DNA of 63,535 nt, the filler included, from Phoronis australis (lineage: Eukaryota; Animalia; Phoronida), in NCBI GenBank assembly GCA_002633005.1. It is 9 parts of 9 records of this genome, joined end to end, with 100 filler letters (N's around TTAATTAATTAA, not from the genome) between each part and the next. Parts side by side here need not be neighbours in the genome. Positions count along the whole stretch, not along the records: positions 1 to 28,346 come from NMRA01001085.1; 8 more parts are not named here. One strand, given 5' to 3'. The position numbers and the translations under genes are program-made. The notes beneath the pieces are model-generated. The model was not told the origin of the DNA. It made no database searches and saw nothing but the letters and a program-made list of their open reading frames with translations. Below, in pieces: positions 12,824-25,653 of the stretch. Numbering within the stretch: the first letter of the stretch is position 1; every line of letters begins with the position of its first letter.

Positions 12824-15800
12824 TCACAAATCTGCTCTTATGAAGTGACTAACTGTGTCCTTAAGCCATTCAGCATCACTGGGTGGGAACAGGGGGTCAA
12901 TTGCTGTGTGTACAAGACTCTTTGATAAGGCTGGCAACAGTTTCCTGAAAAAATCAAAAATATAACTTGTTTTTCGAAGAAATATGGGTTAGTTACAAGA
13001 TCCTGTACAAGCGCATATTTAGAAACGTGTCTGTATAATTTTTCAAAATTTTTTGGTTAAGTATTCCACATATCATTATGCTTAACTTCAAGGCGCAGAT
13101 GGCTCCATCGGCATGTCATTAAGTGGGTGCCTTATGTGCGGCATGTATATTCATATGACTTTCATGGCCCCTTTAATGTTTCCATGATAGCAAGTAACAG
13201 CCTTATGTTAATAAAAACAACAATGGATTTAAACTGGCTTGACATGTTTGGGTGTCATTTATTGAAACACCGTCATCAGAACACAGTGGCCACCTTGCTA
13301 GGCCCAACAACAAGTAATGAAACACAGACGGCCAGTTACAGGGAGTAACGACATCGAAACATGTCAAGCAGATTTAAACCCGTTGTTGTTTTCATTAACA
13401 CCTTTAATGTTCAACTTAAAGACGCAAGAGCACCTACCACTTTGCAGTGGATAACAAAGCATCGTCCTTATGCTATTTTATGCCCTGGTACTGTTCAAAT
13501 GTTTTTTTTTTTAAATATGCAGGCGCCTACATCCAGATTCAGACACAGCTTCGTGGACCTGAACTCATTTAATTTAAGAAATTACATCAAGCTATGCAAA
13601 TGGAAAGTGATGGTTGTCTGAAACATGTCACGCACCTCAAGATTTGAAAGAAAAAAGCCCACAAACAGACCCATAGTCAAGGTCCCAGTTTTGTGCAAGG
13701 TTTTGGAATAAATGGCTGTTCAAGCACTAGCACAAAATGATGTTACTGTCAATAAACGTGATGAAGCATGGACAACATCACTCACTGAGCACTGGCAGGA
13801 GCGCCATTGACTTCTATAAGCCACACTTTAAACTGGTCATCCACCAGAAAGTCAAAACCGAACAGCTGAAAGCTCTTGTAGGACAAACCGTCACAGCTTA
13901 CTTTCTGAAAAAAAAACAGCAGTGTATAAGATAGTACAAGACATGCCAGGCTGTCAAAAATAAAGCACTAAAACATGGCAGACAACCAGGGTGAATCCCA
14001 CTTGCAGGCATTCCCAGTTTCCACAGCAGATCTGTTTTAACCATGCCCTCATTCATTCCACACTGACAGCAGCGAACGGCATCATAATTCTGCCAAATGG
14101 CACTAAAAACTTAACTGTTCTTGAGAACAGCAGACTTTTCCAACGACAAACAAAAGAAGAAAAGAGAGATAAAGTAATGTATTATGCACATGAAACGGAA
14201 CCACAAATGCACCTCACAAAGGACGCGATTAGTATTACAGTACTTGCGCTGCCATGATGGCGATCACTTGCAACCAGTTCATCATTTGAGTGAACTTTTT
14301 GAGCACTGCTCAGTGGATAATTAACGGGTAATTATGCCTTGCTTGGCATGGCATGGCGTTTCACACGTGGCATGCCTTTGCATCTGTGTGGTTTTTCAAA
14401 CCAAATATGAGACCTTGGATAAAACTGATGCAGATCTCAGAATGCATTGAGGTAGAGACCAGAATCATCTATGCTTTTCTGGTCACAAAAGCAAAACACA
14501 TATTTACACAAATGAGACCAACCTCTCGAATGGACTCGGCACACTCTAGAACAATCTGCTTTATTTGGGGAAGAATGTCCTCCTTGAAACTTCTATGGAA
14601 TGACTGCTTCAGGTACCTGAAATTAAGTCAGGGGGTTTATAGTCAAATTTTAATTGTCATTCAAATGGATAGAAAAAATTAAAGAAGAAATAATTGGTCA
14701 CCGACTTGAAGTACAACACACACTCAAAAAATCAAGGGGAGCAGTCAGCAGTGTTACAAAAAATGAATTTTTATAGCCATGCAACAGTGACATTTCTCTT
14801 CAAAATTAGAAGTTTCCAGAATAACTACCTTCAATGCTTATGTTTTCTTAAGACAGTGATCACCAAGCCCTGCCCAAGTGTTAAGTATAGTAATGTCATC
14901 CACAAAATTTTACTTCCAATAGTACTTTGCTGGGATCAGGAGCTAAGAACCACACAAGATCTTTACCACATTAATACTATATAGACACACAGTCTATGGC
15001 CTCATTCATATGAGTGACATTATACCTATCAAACTCTTCATAGAACATCTCATTGCCTTCTTCATACTTGCTGTAGTTAGCAGACAATTCTTCTTGTAGA
15101 CAATGATTGGTTAGATGGCTTGTCACGTTGGTAAAATCCGACGGATCGTACGGATCAGACGACGTACGCAACACACCTTCGTCGTATAAGTATACCTGGT
15201 AGTTGCAGTCAATAAGAACCCAACTCCTAAAACAACAGTCAAGAAATGGTTATGATTTACCAGCTGCATTGCCACACACTTACAAATGTAATGCAATAAC
15301 GTCGACATTATATTCCTATCAAAGTTACATTCTAACGCATTACAATCATAAGTACCAAGATGGTGACCACCTCCCACAACTTTGTGAGAACACTCCAAAG
15401 CAGCTGCTCCTTTTAACACCATAAAACAAATAATTTTCAACAGGTCTCACCTTATGTCGAACTTTCTGTTGCCACTTAACAAAAGTGGGTTGGTGACATA
15501 TCTTTGAACTACATAAGCTTGTGATTGCTCATTAACATAGTTCAGTATTTCCTCCTTCTTTTGAGATATCAGTATGCCAACCCCTAGAAAAAAATCCCAA
15601 GAAAGAAATGAATGAAAATAAACCGGCTCCATTATTTCCGAAAAATGTCCATAGCTCCTAAATTTGTGGTGTGTCAAAGAAACAAACTTTTGATTCAGAT
15701 CACTTACCGCTGTATAACTGGCCACAAATTGTAAAAAATTGTGTTTATGAAAAATTTGGTAATTTCCATGTAAAATCACATTTTTTTTTTGAAAAACTGC

Positions 15801-18681
15801 ATGTAGTCTTGATGCCTTTTCCAATGCTCATTTCAAAACACCTGATTTCTTTCCTGATCAAACATCTTGTAGGCTTTCTGATAAAAACTCCACAATCCTC
15901 AGGGGAACTCAATATATGATTGATTAAAGGAATTAAGGAAACACTCCACAAAATCACCTTTGGCCCCAGAGGTAGACTTAGCTATCCAGACATCATCACT
16001 GTCACTCAATGATGAGTTAAAAGAGATGTATTCATCCCGCTCATCTAGATCTTGTTTACTGGTACTAGTGTCGCCCTCACTTAGTGGATAGATGACATAA
16101 CACTGTGGTAACCAAGGAAACAGCGGTCTGCCTTCAATGGCGCAATGCGACTTCAGTGTCCTGAAAAGATAACATTTGTACATGTAGTACAATAACAGCT
16201 TGATCCAACGCTGCAGGAAATTGTAATCAGCATTTCCTAAATCCAAAAACTAAAACTAACATAGCATTCATCAACAAAAACCATGCGTCAGGTCTTCACA
16301 GACTTTCAAGTAAAATTTGGGGACAAACATCAGCAGATACTGCAGTTATAACGTGATTTCAAAACGAAACTTTTTAGGGCATGTTATCGATCAATATGAG
16401 GTAACCAGGGATACAAGCTAGTTTTGTTTTTTTTTAGTTATCAAATTTTCTGACATCACTCCCAAACACGGGTCCTTACGCACAATAACAACTCTTCAAT
16501 TGCCAAACACTGCACAACCTCCCAAAACATGACTTATGAAACCAAAAGTACAGTTCAGCGGTTGGGGAGCCATGTGTGTGAATCGGTGAACAGAGTTTAT
16601 CAGACCTGTGAGCAGTGAGGAGCTTAATTTTCATGAATGCCATAGTGATGTTAATGCCACCCCTGCAGCAACAATGGTGAAATCAAAGTAGAGAGTATGA
16701 CGACACTGATGGCAACACTACTGCAACTACAATGATTTCAAAGCCTAAAATATTGATGTTAGTGACAGGAAGCTGAAGACAAAACTGACAATGCCATCTA
16801 CCGTACCAATGCCACTGACATTGATTGTGCCTCAGGATGCCGATGGCACTGACTAGGCCAAGGACAATGACGACAACGACTACACTGGAAACACTACCAT
16901 TACTGTCAATCATTGATGAAGAAATTGATAATGAAACAAAGGCTTGTAGTACAACAGGGTAATCTTGGAATGATCAGTCAATAAAAAAATGGTTGTCAGT
17001 AAGTCACAACTATCTCAAAAATGGTTGTGGCGAAAAAAAAGAGGCACATTCCAGACAGCTCAACAGGCCAAATTTGACAAGAATCCTTCAAAGGACCGTA
17101 GAGTTAGAGCTCCACAAATTAAGGAAAGAAAGATGTCAAAGCGCCATCTAGTGTTTGATTTTGACCAAAGATAAAAGGCCTTAAACTATTGACGAGTTAC
17201 CTGTTGTAAGTAAATTTCATGTCTATCGGTCATGCGAATAACAAGAAGGTAAACAACCCAAGGTGTTCTTGAGCTCTGAGACATCCGACTATGCAGAAGT
17301 CTGAGAAACGTTCCAGTGTCTGACCTTAGTCACAGGTAAATGTCAAATAACTTGAGAACAGTAAGTCCAAGTGAGAAACTTACTTTAGATTTTTTGGCAC
17401 TTGACAAGATCTAACCAGATACCAGATTTTAGACAGATTAGCCTAAGGACGCTGGGGCTACGAAATGAGAGATCTGTCTAAACAAGCGCAGACACTAGAA
17501 CAACTTGAGAACCCTAGGTCATAGTGAGAAATGGATGACTTATTTCAGATAACCAAATTTCAGAAGAAATCTTCAAAAACCACACAGCTAAAGCTCTGGG
17601 ATAAATGAAAAAATGGCCACCACAGCACCACCTTTGGTTCGATTTCGCCCCAAGAATAATAGGCCTCAAGATTTTAATGGGACACACACTGTGCGTGAAT
17701 TCCATGCGTATCAACACACTAACAAAAAAGTTAATTCATGAAAAAGCAATGTAATTGGAGAAATTTCATTATACCAAGACACACCATCACAACAATAATC
17801 CATACCTTATCATCGATGCCTTCCTACACAGCGAGCCATTTCCTCGGTAGTAATTCACCAACTGCTCTAGACCGGGTTGCAGACCTGTAAAACAACAACA
17901 GTTGACATATTTATCCAACATTTCGGTTTTAATTATTACTTAAACCAATTCTCAAGGAAACGGTTCACATACTCAAACAGGCGACACAGGTGGTGAACAG
18001 ACTGTATAGGTCAAAATGCATTTTGAGGGAAGAGGCCAGAAATGTTAAATTTCATGCTTCTGCTCTGGCCTAAAACAAATGTGATTAACAACTACAGATG
18101 CCACTTTACTAAACCAAAAATCAAGCAAATGACACGCTTCATTAGCATACTGAAATTGACATTGGACAAGTTGAGCATCACTTGAATGTTGAATTGCAAC
18201 AATACATCCATGGCTGAACACGGTACATTTTGGTACAAGTTTTGTTGCAAGAGTCTGCAAACAGTTGTGGCAATGTAATAAAGCCAGCCTCTCCTGCACT
18301 TCCAACTCTTTACCCACACCATTCACTAGCAGTGTTTTGACATTCAGTCACGCACAGCTAGCCAGTGGGCTAAAAAATCACCAAATTTTCAGCTAATACA
18401 GAATATGTCAAGACCAGATGTGTAGCACTGTGAGACTCAAATCAAATCAAAGGTTAATGTCGTGAGCACAAGAGCAGTTTACAGCATCACATTTTACCTA
18501 CACGACAAACTTTACCTAGGCGAGAATATGGTAGTTTATTCCTATCTCCCAACATCAAGTTAAAGCGAGAAGAATTTCGAGGCAAAACCTTCCAGTCACT
18601 ACGCGACTCCAACCACTTAGAAACTGCAGCATAGACAGTGCTGACGTCATCTCTTGAGATGAAAGTATATGTTGTAGCCAT
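12824..18681 (-). CDS. TTL: Tubulin--tyrosine ligase, complete, 8 coding exons, 371 aa
   Basis: Exons 18681-18516, 17884-17806, 16160-15958, 15583-15451, 15226-15026, 14616-14523, 13904-13786, 12944-12824. All introns are GT-AG, phases are consistent, total 1116 nt including stop. Diagnostic segments: [41 protein letters not shown]...[67 protein letters not shown] probable acceptor at 18772 with an in-frame stop before the ATG implies an upstream non-coding exon. Confidence 0.96.
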
Positions 18682-19840
18682 GGTGAATTAAGATGCATTT
18701 CATCTGGACAACTTGGTAGTGGTAGTAATCTGTTGGCCAAAACGTTGACTCAGTACCCACGGCAACACAACCTAAATGTAAATTCACAGTATCAAAACAA
18801 AGGTGAAATTCAAGAGGACACATTTATCAGGATAAGCAATTAAGGCCATCACACTGTTTAAGTCAAGACTGTTATTGCTTGTCCCGATGATGTCTGAGAC
18901 ACCGAGACATGTTAAAGTAGAAAATTCTTAGTTTTTAACTTGATAACACTGGTCACTGCCAAGTTTTCTCCACAGATTAGTGACCCGCAGTGCCGGGTAC
19001 GATCAGCCTGCCACCAACACTTCAACTTTTCAGCATAATCCCTTAGCGGTAGACATTTAATATCCGTCTCAGATGTCTGATGTAGTTATAACTGTTAAAT
19101 TTTGAATTCGCACTTTCACAGATGCGATGAAGCTTTTGCCTTTATCTAAACAAAATATGTTCTGGCAACTCTGAATGAAAAAAAATCATCTATGAGGAGT
19201 TACATTTTTTCAAGAGTCAAAGTCATTCTGATTTGATTTTTTGGAATCTGTTAGTAGGCTGCATTGTTTTTTAGTTGTTTTGGTGCCTGATGAACAAATT
19301 GAAATATAGCGCAAAGTATTTGTGCACAAAGCATTTATGACATTATATATCTCACCAAGGCCAACATGTTTTGTTTTGATATTACTGGCAGAGTGGAGAA
19401 TGAGGACATCTAGAGCAAGGTTGTAAAACAGATGCCATAGTCACGGAGCCAGGAGAGAACATAAAAGCAGGCATTTGGGAGACTTCTAGGGTTATACGCC
19501 AACTGGCAGAAGCCAAGTACACTATAAAATTTGTTGAAAGACCAACCGTTTTCAACTATGAACAGAACAGGCGGTTGGTTTGTCATTGGGCCTATCCTAC
19601 TGCATAGTGGTGTCGTCGATTTCGCGTGGCGTGAATGAACGCAAACATACCATGGAGTATGAAAATGCAATTGAAGTCCATGCAAACGTTTGGAATTATG
19701 ACACTGGGTGTTTCTTGATCTATTAATGTGAGTTTTATTTCAAAATTAACTTGTCACGCTTGTTAAATTTTTTTAAAGGTGGATGTTCAGCATGGCCAAA
19801 TCACCGATACAAAACCAGCATGTTCCCGTATCTTTGCTCC

Positions 19841-20254
19841 TGTTGTAGATGTGCTTCTGGTGAATTATATGAGCCTCTGTTAGCTTATCGCTAACGGGCA
19901 ATTGCCTATTAGCTGAATGGTTAGCACCCTTGCCGGTTTTATGGGGGTCGCTGGTTCGATTCCCGAGTCTGGTGATCTCGGCTATTACTACAAATGGCGT
20001 AGTCGGCAAACGGATAATCTACCGATGAGACACTGCCAACTAGTACCCACGGACCTCGGGATAGCGCGCGTGGAAGGTTCCAGGAGTCAAATACCTGTGT
20101 GAGAGACTACCTTGTGTTCACCTGTGTTGTGGTGGTAAAGGTACCAAGGGACGTTGATGACCTGTATGCGAGACATCCTGGTGTTCACCTTCCTGGTCGC
20201 GTGCCCGTTCCGTAGGGAAGGGGGGAATGTTGTAGATGTGCTTCCGGTGAATTA
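19841..20254 (+). mobile_element. Miniature non-autonomous LTR retroelement (TRIM) with a tRNA-derived Pol III promoter in its LTR; 3' LTR truncated by a DNA-transposon insertion
   Basis: 5' LTR 19841-19992 (TGTTGTAG...TACTACA); PBS TGGCGTAGTCGGCA at 19995-20008 (tRNA-Ser complement); about 235 bp non-coding interior; PPT 20214-20227; second LTR start 20228-20254 matching the first at 26/27 nt. A box TAGCTGAATGG at 19910-19920 and B box GGTTCGATTCC at 19953-19963. Confidence 0.85.
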
Positions 20255-20440
20255 CCGTAATCGTTCGGGTTAACGCCCATGCTCAGTTAACCGCCCACCC
20301 CCTACTTTAGGTGAATTTCGATTTAACCGCCCACTGCTCGGTTAACCGCCCCCTGCTATTTTTGAAGATTTCCAATTAACCGCCCACTGCTCGGTTAACC
20401 GCCCATCCCCTACTTTTGACGATTGGTGATTACCGCCCTG
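20255..20440 (+). mobile_element. Left end of a Tc1/mariner/pogo-type DNA transposon with subterminal TTAACCGCCC repeats
   Basis: Begins TA|CCGTAATCG at a TA of the TRIM 3' LTR and carries about six copies of (T)TAACCGCCC. No matching right end was found in the contig. Confidence 0.6.
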
Positions 20441-21900
20441 TGCTAATAGAAAACGCGAATCCCCGACCTTTTAGATTAAGATCGATAACATTGAGTGCAA
20501 CGACGGCCTCAGAGACCGCGGTTTAGCAATGTGAATTATGATACCAGTAACAAATTATTGTAACGGGTCATCGATTAACTTCAAAATGTAATACTTGAAC
20601 ACTTTGTCACTTTCTTTTCTTCTCATGTTCGCAAACTTTAGGAACCGCGCTGGCGTCTACACCTCCACTTTCAGCCNTTAGTAAAATCGACTACAAATTG
20701 AAAATTGACGAAATTTGACAATTCTTTTTGAACTCATTTGTTAAATAGACTCGTAGATGAGCTTTGAGGGTATATGTTTGGTTTTCACCTCCAACGTTCC
20801 TTTGAGTGCTTTTGAGACTTGTATCTGGGTTAGACACAATAAAAATCGTCTTCCGCGGGTATCAGACTAACGCTATCTGTCGTACTTCGAATCTTTCTTC
20901 GCAAGTCATTCGAGACTATTCACTGGGGCCAACATACATGTAGGAAAGTGAAAGTTTGAGAATCCGACTCAGCGGCTTAGTCAATTCTGACCTCTGTAGA
21001 CGATGGCCGGCAAAATTGGCAATGTTGAAACTTGTCAATAGTTCCAATTTCTAAAAGGCGTAAAAAGTGAAGGGTAGTAGATGAATATGAAAGCCATTGT
21101 TTTGTGAATCAATTAGGCTAGCTTCCACTGGACACCCCTAGTCTCTCATAGGTCGAGAAGCGAGGTATCTACTAAATAATGAGCTCTGTTCAGTGGAAGT
21201 AATTGGTTATCTTTCTTATTCAGAACCCGGGAACATCAGAATCAGCTTTTTAACCCTATGCGTTTTGACTTTTTCCCTTCGTTGACACGTTTTGGAATTG
21301 GTTTTGTTCAAAACTTGTGTGCTGTAAATAACTTTTATCTTTTGTCACGTGGCGTGACCTGTTCTTTTGGGATAGTCTGATGGGTCATTTGCCTTTTGTA
21401 CATGTTTTAAACGTGTTTCTATCGATGTATTTATTTGGTTTCATTATTTGTCAGTATTAGTGTCGCGATCTCATTATCTGTTTAAATACACGCTATTTGT
21501 TGCATTTCTCGCCCAGTCGACCTGAAATAATTATGCACACTGCACCGAACTCGTCAATAGCACGAGGCCAGGGGACTGTTTCATGAAAGGTGAGTAAGAC
21601 TTAGGTCAGACATTTGGCCTTACGCTCCACACAACCATTTCTAGGGAAAAAGATATAAAATGTGACCTCTGTTTTTTCAGTATTGCCCCTTATGGGCATC
21701 AAATTTCGTTGTTTCTAAGTATATTCTATTCAGAATTAGGCAATATTAAAAGTCAACTTTCAAAAAAATGCGGAAGTTTAAACATTAGACATTTTGCTTT
21801 TTATGGAGTACATTGGTTTGTGTTATCAAAAATATCAAAATAACTCCCCCCAAAAAGAATGGTCACAGAACTGGTGTCATTGTACTATCTAGCACCTGAA

Positions 21901-22056
21901 TTCAAGATGGGATCCGAGATCAAGATAGGATACGGGCTCAAGACATGATCCGGGTTCAAGATATGATCCGGGTTCAAGACATGATCCGGGTTTAAGATAT
22001 TATCCGGGTAAAAGATATGATCCGGGTTCAAGACATGATCCGAGTTCAAGATATCC
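21901..22056. repeat. 18-bp minisatellite (TTCAAGACATGATCCGGG), about 8.5 copies
   Basis: Direct reading of successive 18-nt units with few substitutions. Confidence 0.92.
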
Positions 22057-22366
22057 AAATTGCTTTGTTAATACCCATCCTAAAGAGGTGAAGCAGAACT
22101 ACGATATCAACGTTTTGTTATCATTGGAAACACAAACTTTGGGAAATGCAGTAAAAATGAAAGCAGTTCTTGTGCACCGTGAAGTGTGATATTTGCAATG
22201 AAAATATCTCTCACTGATAATTCATTATGGACGTCTGACGCTATGTTACCTAAAGGAAATAAATATGAGTTCGTTTGAATCGATAATGTACTCGCCTCTG
22301 GAAATTGGGCAAATTCACCGTTCGTAGAAAGAGTCAGACAAGAACTGCCTAGAATTTGTCTGAAAT

Positions 22367-22632
22367 CATGGGCGCACCCGGGGGGGGGGACTCGGGGGCT
22401 CTAGTGAGGTCCCCAATTTGGAGATTTAGGCAAAAAGGTCCGCCTTAATAAAAAGTCCGAGCAAACGAGGCAAAAGTCCACAAAGTCCACAGGAATTCGG
22501 CGAGGATGCACAATTCGTAAGTCTGAACCTGGTGGGGCCCCGTTTTTTTAGTCCTCGTTGATTTTTTTCAGTAAAAAGTCCGCATACCGAAAAAATCGAA
22601 CCCCCCTATATTTTAGGCTGGGTGCGCGCATG
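22367..22632. mobile_element. MITE with CATG(G/C)GCGCACCC terminal inverted repeats, probable 5-bp TSD
   Basis: CATGGGCGCACCC ... GGGTGCGCGCATG with flanks GAAAT/CAAAT. Related pieces at about 22845-23255, 25214-25414 and 52564-52620. Confidence 0.75.
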
Positions 22633-22672
22633 CAAATTATCGGAATCTATGATTGCATGTATAGCTGACCAT

Positions 22673-22850
22673 GGAGGCGGTGTGGTATTGTGAGATAAGT
22701 GTTCGCTTAATTCTTTATTTTACTCGACATCGTTGGTTGGAGTCCCACTGGGGCACACTGCTAAAACCTTAAGCCAGGTTTCTATCTACTCAGCTTGGTT
22801 TTGACTATAATTAATAAAGCTTAAAAATGATTGCACGTGAACGAGCCCCC
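22673..22850 (+). mobile_element. Degenerate tRNA-derived SINE
   Basis: GGAGGCGGTGTGG head and B-box-like GGTTGGAGTCCC; the body aligns by eye with the reverse complement of 53922-54134. Confidence 0.6.
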
Positions 22851-25213
22851 AAATTTGGCGAATTGGGCAAAAATGTCCGCCTCCGTGAAACAAAAATCTG
22901 AGTAAACGAGACAATTCGCAATTTGTAGGTAGTGGCCCCGTTTTTTTAGTCCTCCTCGTTGAATTTTTTCAGTAAAAGGTCTGCATACCGAAAAACTCGA
23001 GGCCCCCTATATGTTAGGCTGGATGAGCGCACCCAACCTAAAATGGGGGAGGGGGGCTTAAATTTTGAGAACGTGGACCTTTTACTAAAAAAACGGGGCG
23101 CGTTCAGAGTTATGAATTCTGAATTCGCTAAATTCCTGCCTTTTTAGTCGACTTTCGTCTCGTTTTGTACTTTTTCGGACTACTTGTTCCTCTGAGGCGG
23201 AAATTGTTGCCCATTTCATTCGAGACCCTCGAGCCCACCCCCTTGGGTGCTCGCACGCAATGTTGTCGGTCGTCAACGCTGGAAAACGGAGGCATTGTCA
23301 ACAGGAATAGTTGCCAACATTCGACAATGAAAGAAAGAAACGCAAGGGAGAAATGCCCCATCAGCGGTGCAACACACGGAATCGTCCGACAAATGACCCA
23401 AATCTTGATTCTGTATACATTCTAGCAAAGGCTTCTAGCGAGCATGTTCGAATGACCAGTGCACAGACTGTTCGATAGAGTGAAGGACATTATGTTTCCC
23501 CAACGATAGCGAAAACGGAACCAAGTTACTAGGACGTTGCCCGGCCGCTTAAGTCACTTTGTTCCACGCATTGTAAAAGCGCCCCAGCAGACTATAGAAC
23601 ACGGAAAACGTATTTTCAAGATAACCAGGGAACTATATATTTGACGTAACAATTAAACACGCTTCGCTTGCTTTCCCTTTAATGCTTGTTTCCATAAGAG
23701 CAACTATATCGCATTATGCGTGAGTAGGCTCTCCATGTTTCCATGTACCCGTAGAAAATGATTCGTTTTCGAAGATAACGTCATGGATACAAAGCTATTT
23801 AAGTCCAGCAAACGTTAAACATTGAGCACTGAAACATTTCCTCTGAGGAGGCAGTCAACACTTGGATGAACGTGGATTACTACATGAAGCTGAAGTTTTA
23901 TATTTCTGGCAAAGCAAAAACGTGTCCCTTACCAGTTGCCATTTGGACATCTGACTTGTTCAATTGCCGCTGCAGTGTGATTCTTGGCAGTTTCAATTGC
24001 ATGCCACGAATTGTACCATGGCACTTCAAAAGTCAGCTCTGTCTGGTGGTTTGGTTATTAGCCCAGTTATGTTGCACACCCAACAAGATTAATGAGGAAC
24101 CTGTTATTGCATCATTATACAAACATTTTTGATAGTAAAAGTCACATTCTTTGTCCTATTTTCAAAACGCTGATCACATGTGGTTTTCACGAGCTATTCA
24201 AATATGCTATTTACAAACTTTCAAAACGAAAATGTATGAATACCAATTTGTCGCCAATAGTGTGAGAGAATGACAACTTCAGCAGACCGAGGCGATTTAA
24301 TTAACCACACCAGCATGGTGTCTTTGATCTGAACCTGCAAATTTTGTGGTGCGCAAACCGGTCGAGTTGCCCAATCAAATCTCGACCGAATAGGGTGTCA
24401 ACGTAGGATTCTTTTCACGTGGGAAATCCCGTCGCTGACGTCAAGAGTACCCCCAGCTGTTATGCGTATTCAATCGCTAAACAACCCCTTTCATAGGAAA
24501 ACAACTTATTACGCATTGCGCACATATCGAGAGAAATCCTTTATTTAGTTGATAAACAATTTTAACGCATTGGGCATAAACATCACGCTAATGCGACCTT
24601 TCATTACATTTGGGAACGTGTAACGTCATTGTGGCCGGGATGAAGCTTTTAACACATTGTAGGAACTAATTAATTTATGTGTATTACCATTCAAGGCTAC
24701 AGGATTGATATTTTATATTTTTACATAAGTTGTAATTGTACGGTCTCATCTCCCTCCACCGGCGGATCTAAGATGCACTTGCTGATATACTCTTGAGGTT
24801 TTTATTGCCACGACCAAATGTGTTGGTAGGGGCCACAGTGCACGCCTGAGCCCGATGGGCCTAATTTTGCGTCTACTATTTCAACTCCTACTCAACAAAT
24901 AGTACAAGTAAATAAAAAACTCAAAGAAAAGGACTACCTTCATGTTGTAGGCCTGCGAAAACGGATGATTTAAAAGTATTTGATTGTAGACTCGACACCT
25001 ATCGGTGCTAGAAGACTGTCTGCCAAACGCGCAACCTTACCGAAGGCTAGAATAGTACTGGTTACACTGTGCAACTGCAGTACAATTGGCCCGTGTATTA
25101 TTATATCCTCCAGGTGCTAGAGAACTTAGAAACTGAAACTAATTTTTCAAGCGTCATCATTCTCCTGAAACCTCGAATATGGAACCTGGAACTTCAAACA
25201 GGGTTCAAGGTTC

Positions 25214-25414
25214 CATGCACGCACCCAGCCTTCAATATGGGGTGCTCGAATTCTTGGCGATGTGGACCTTTTACTAACAAATTAGTCGGTCGACTAAAAA
25301 AAAAAACAATACCACTATCGGAGCTGTACGTGCTGTGAATTTTGCGTTCGTACCTTTTTAGTGGACTTTTATCTTGTTTTCTCGGACTTTTTGTATCTCT
25401 GAGGCGCGCGCATG
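25214..25414. mobile_element. MITE, same family as 22367-22632, opposite orientation, perfect 5-bp TSD GGTTC
   Basis: CATGCACGCACCC ... GCGCGCGCATG, with GGTTC at 25209-25213 and 25415-25419. Confidence 0.75.
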
Positions 25415-25653
25415 GGTTCCAGTTATCTCATTGAAATGGATGCTAGCGGTAGTTCCACGTACGTGCGTTTTTCCAGTTGACATTGTTGTTCTCTCTGTCA
25501 AAACGCCATTTGATTGGTCAGCTGTGTTGTCGCTCTTGCCTCACCCCGTCATCGGAGTCCTTTCGCCATATTTAAGAACCAAATCCTTTGGTGGCACTGT
25601 GCAGTTACACTGTAGTCGTTACCTATTTGCCGGCACTCAAAATTCTTGGGATG

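Noticed and set aside
19904-19975. Functional tRNA gene
   Set aside because: A and B boxes are intact, but the acceptor, anticodon and T stems pair poorly and the sequence sits inside an LTR.
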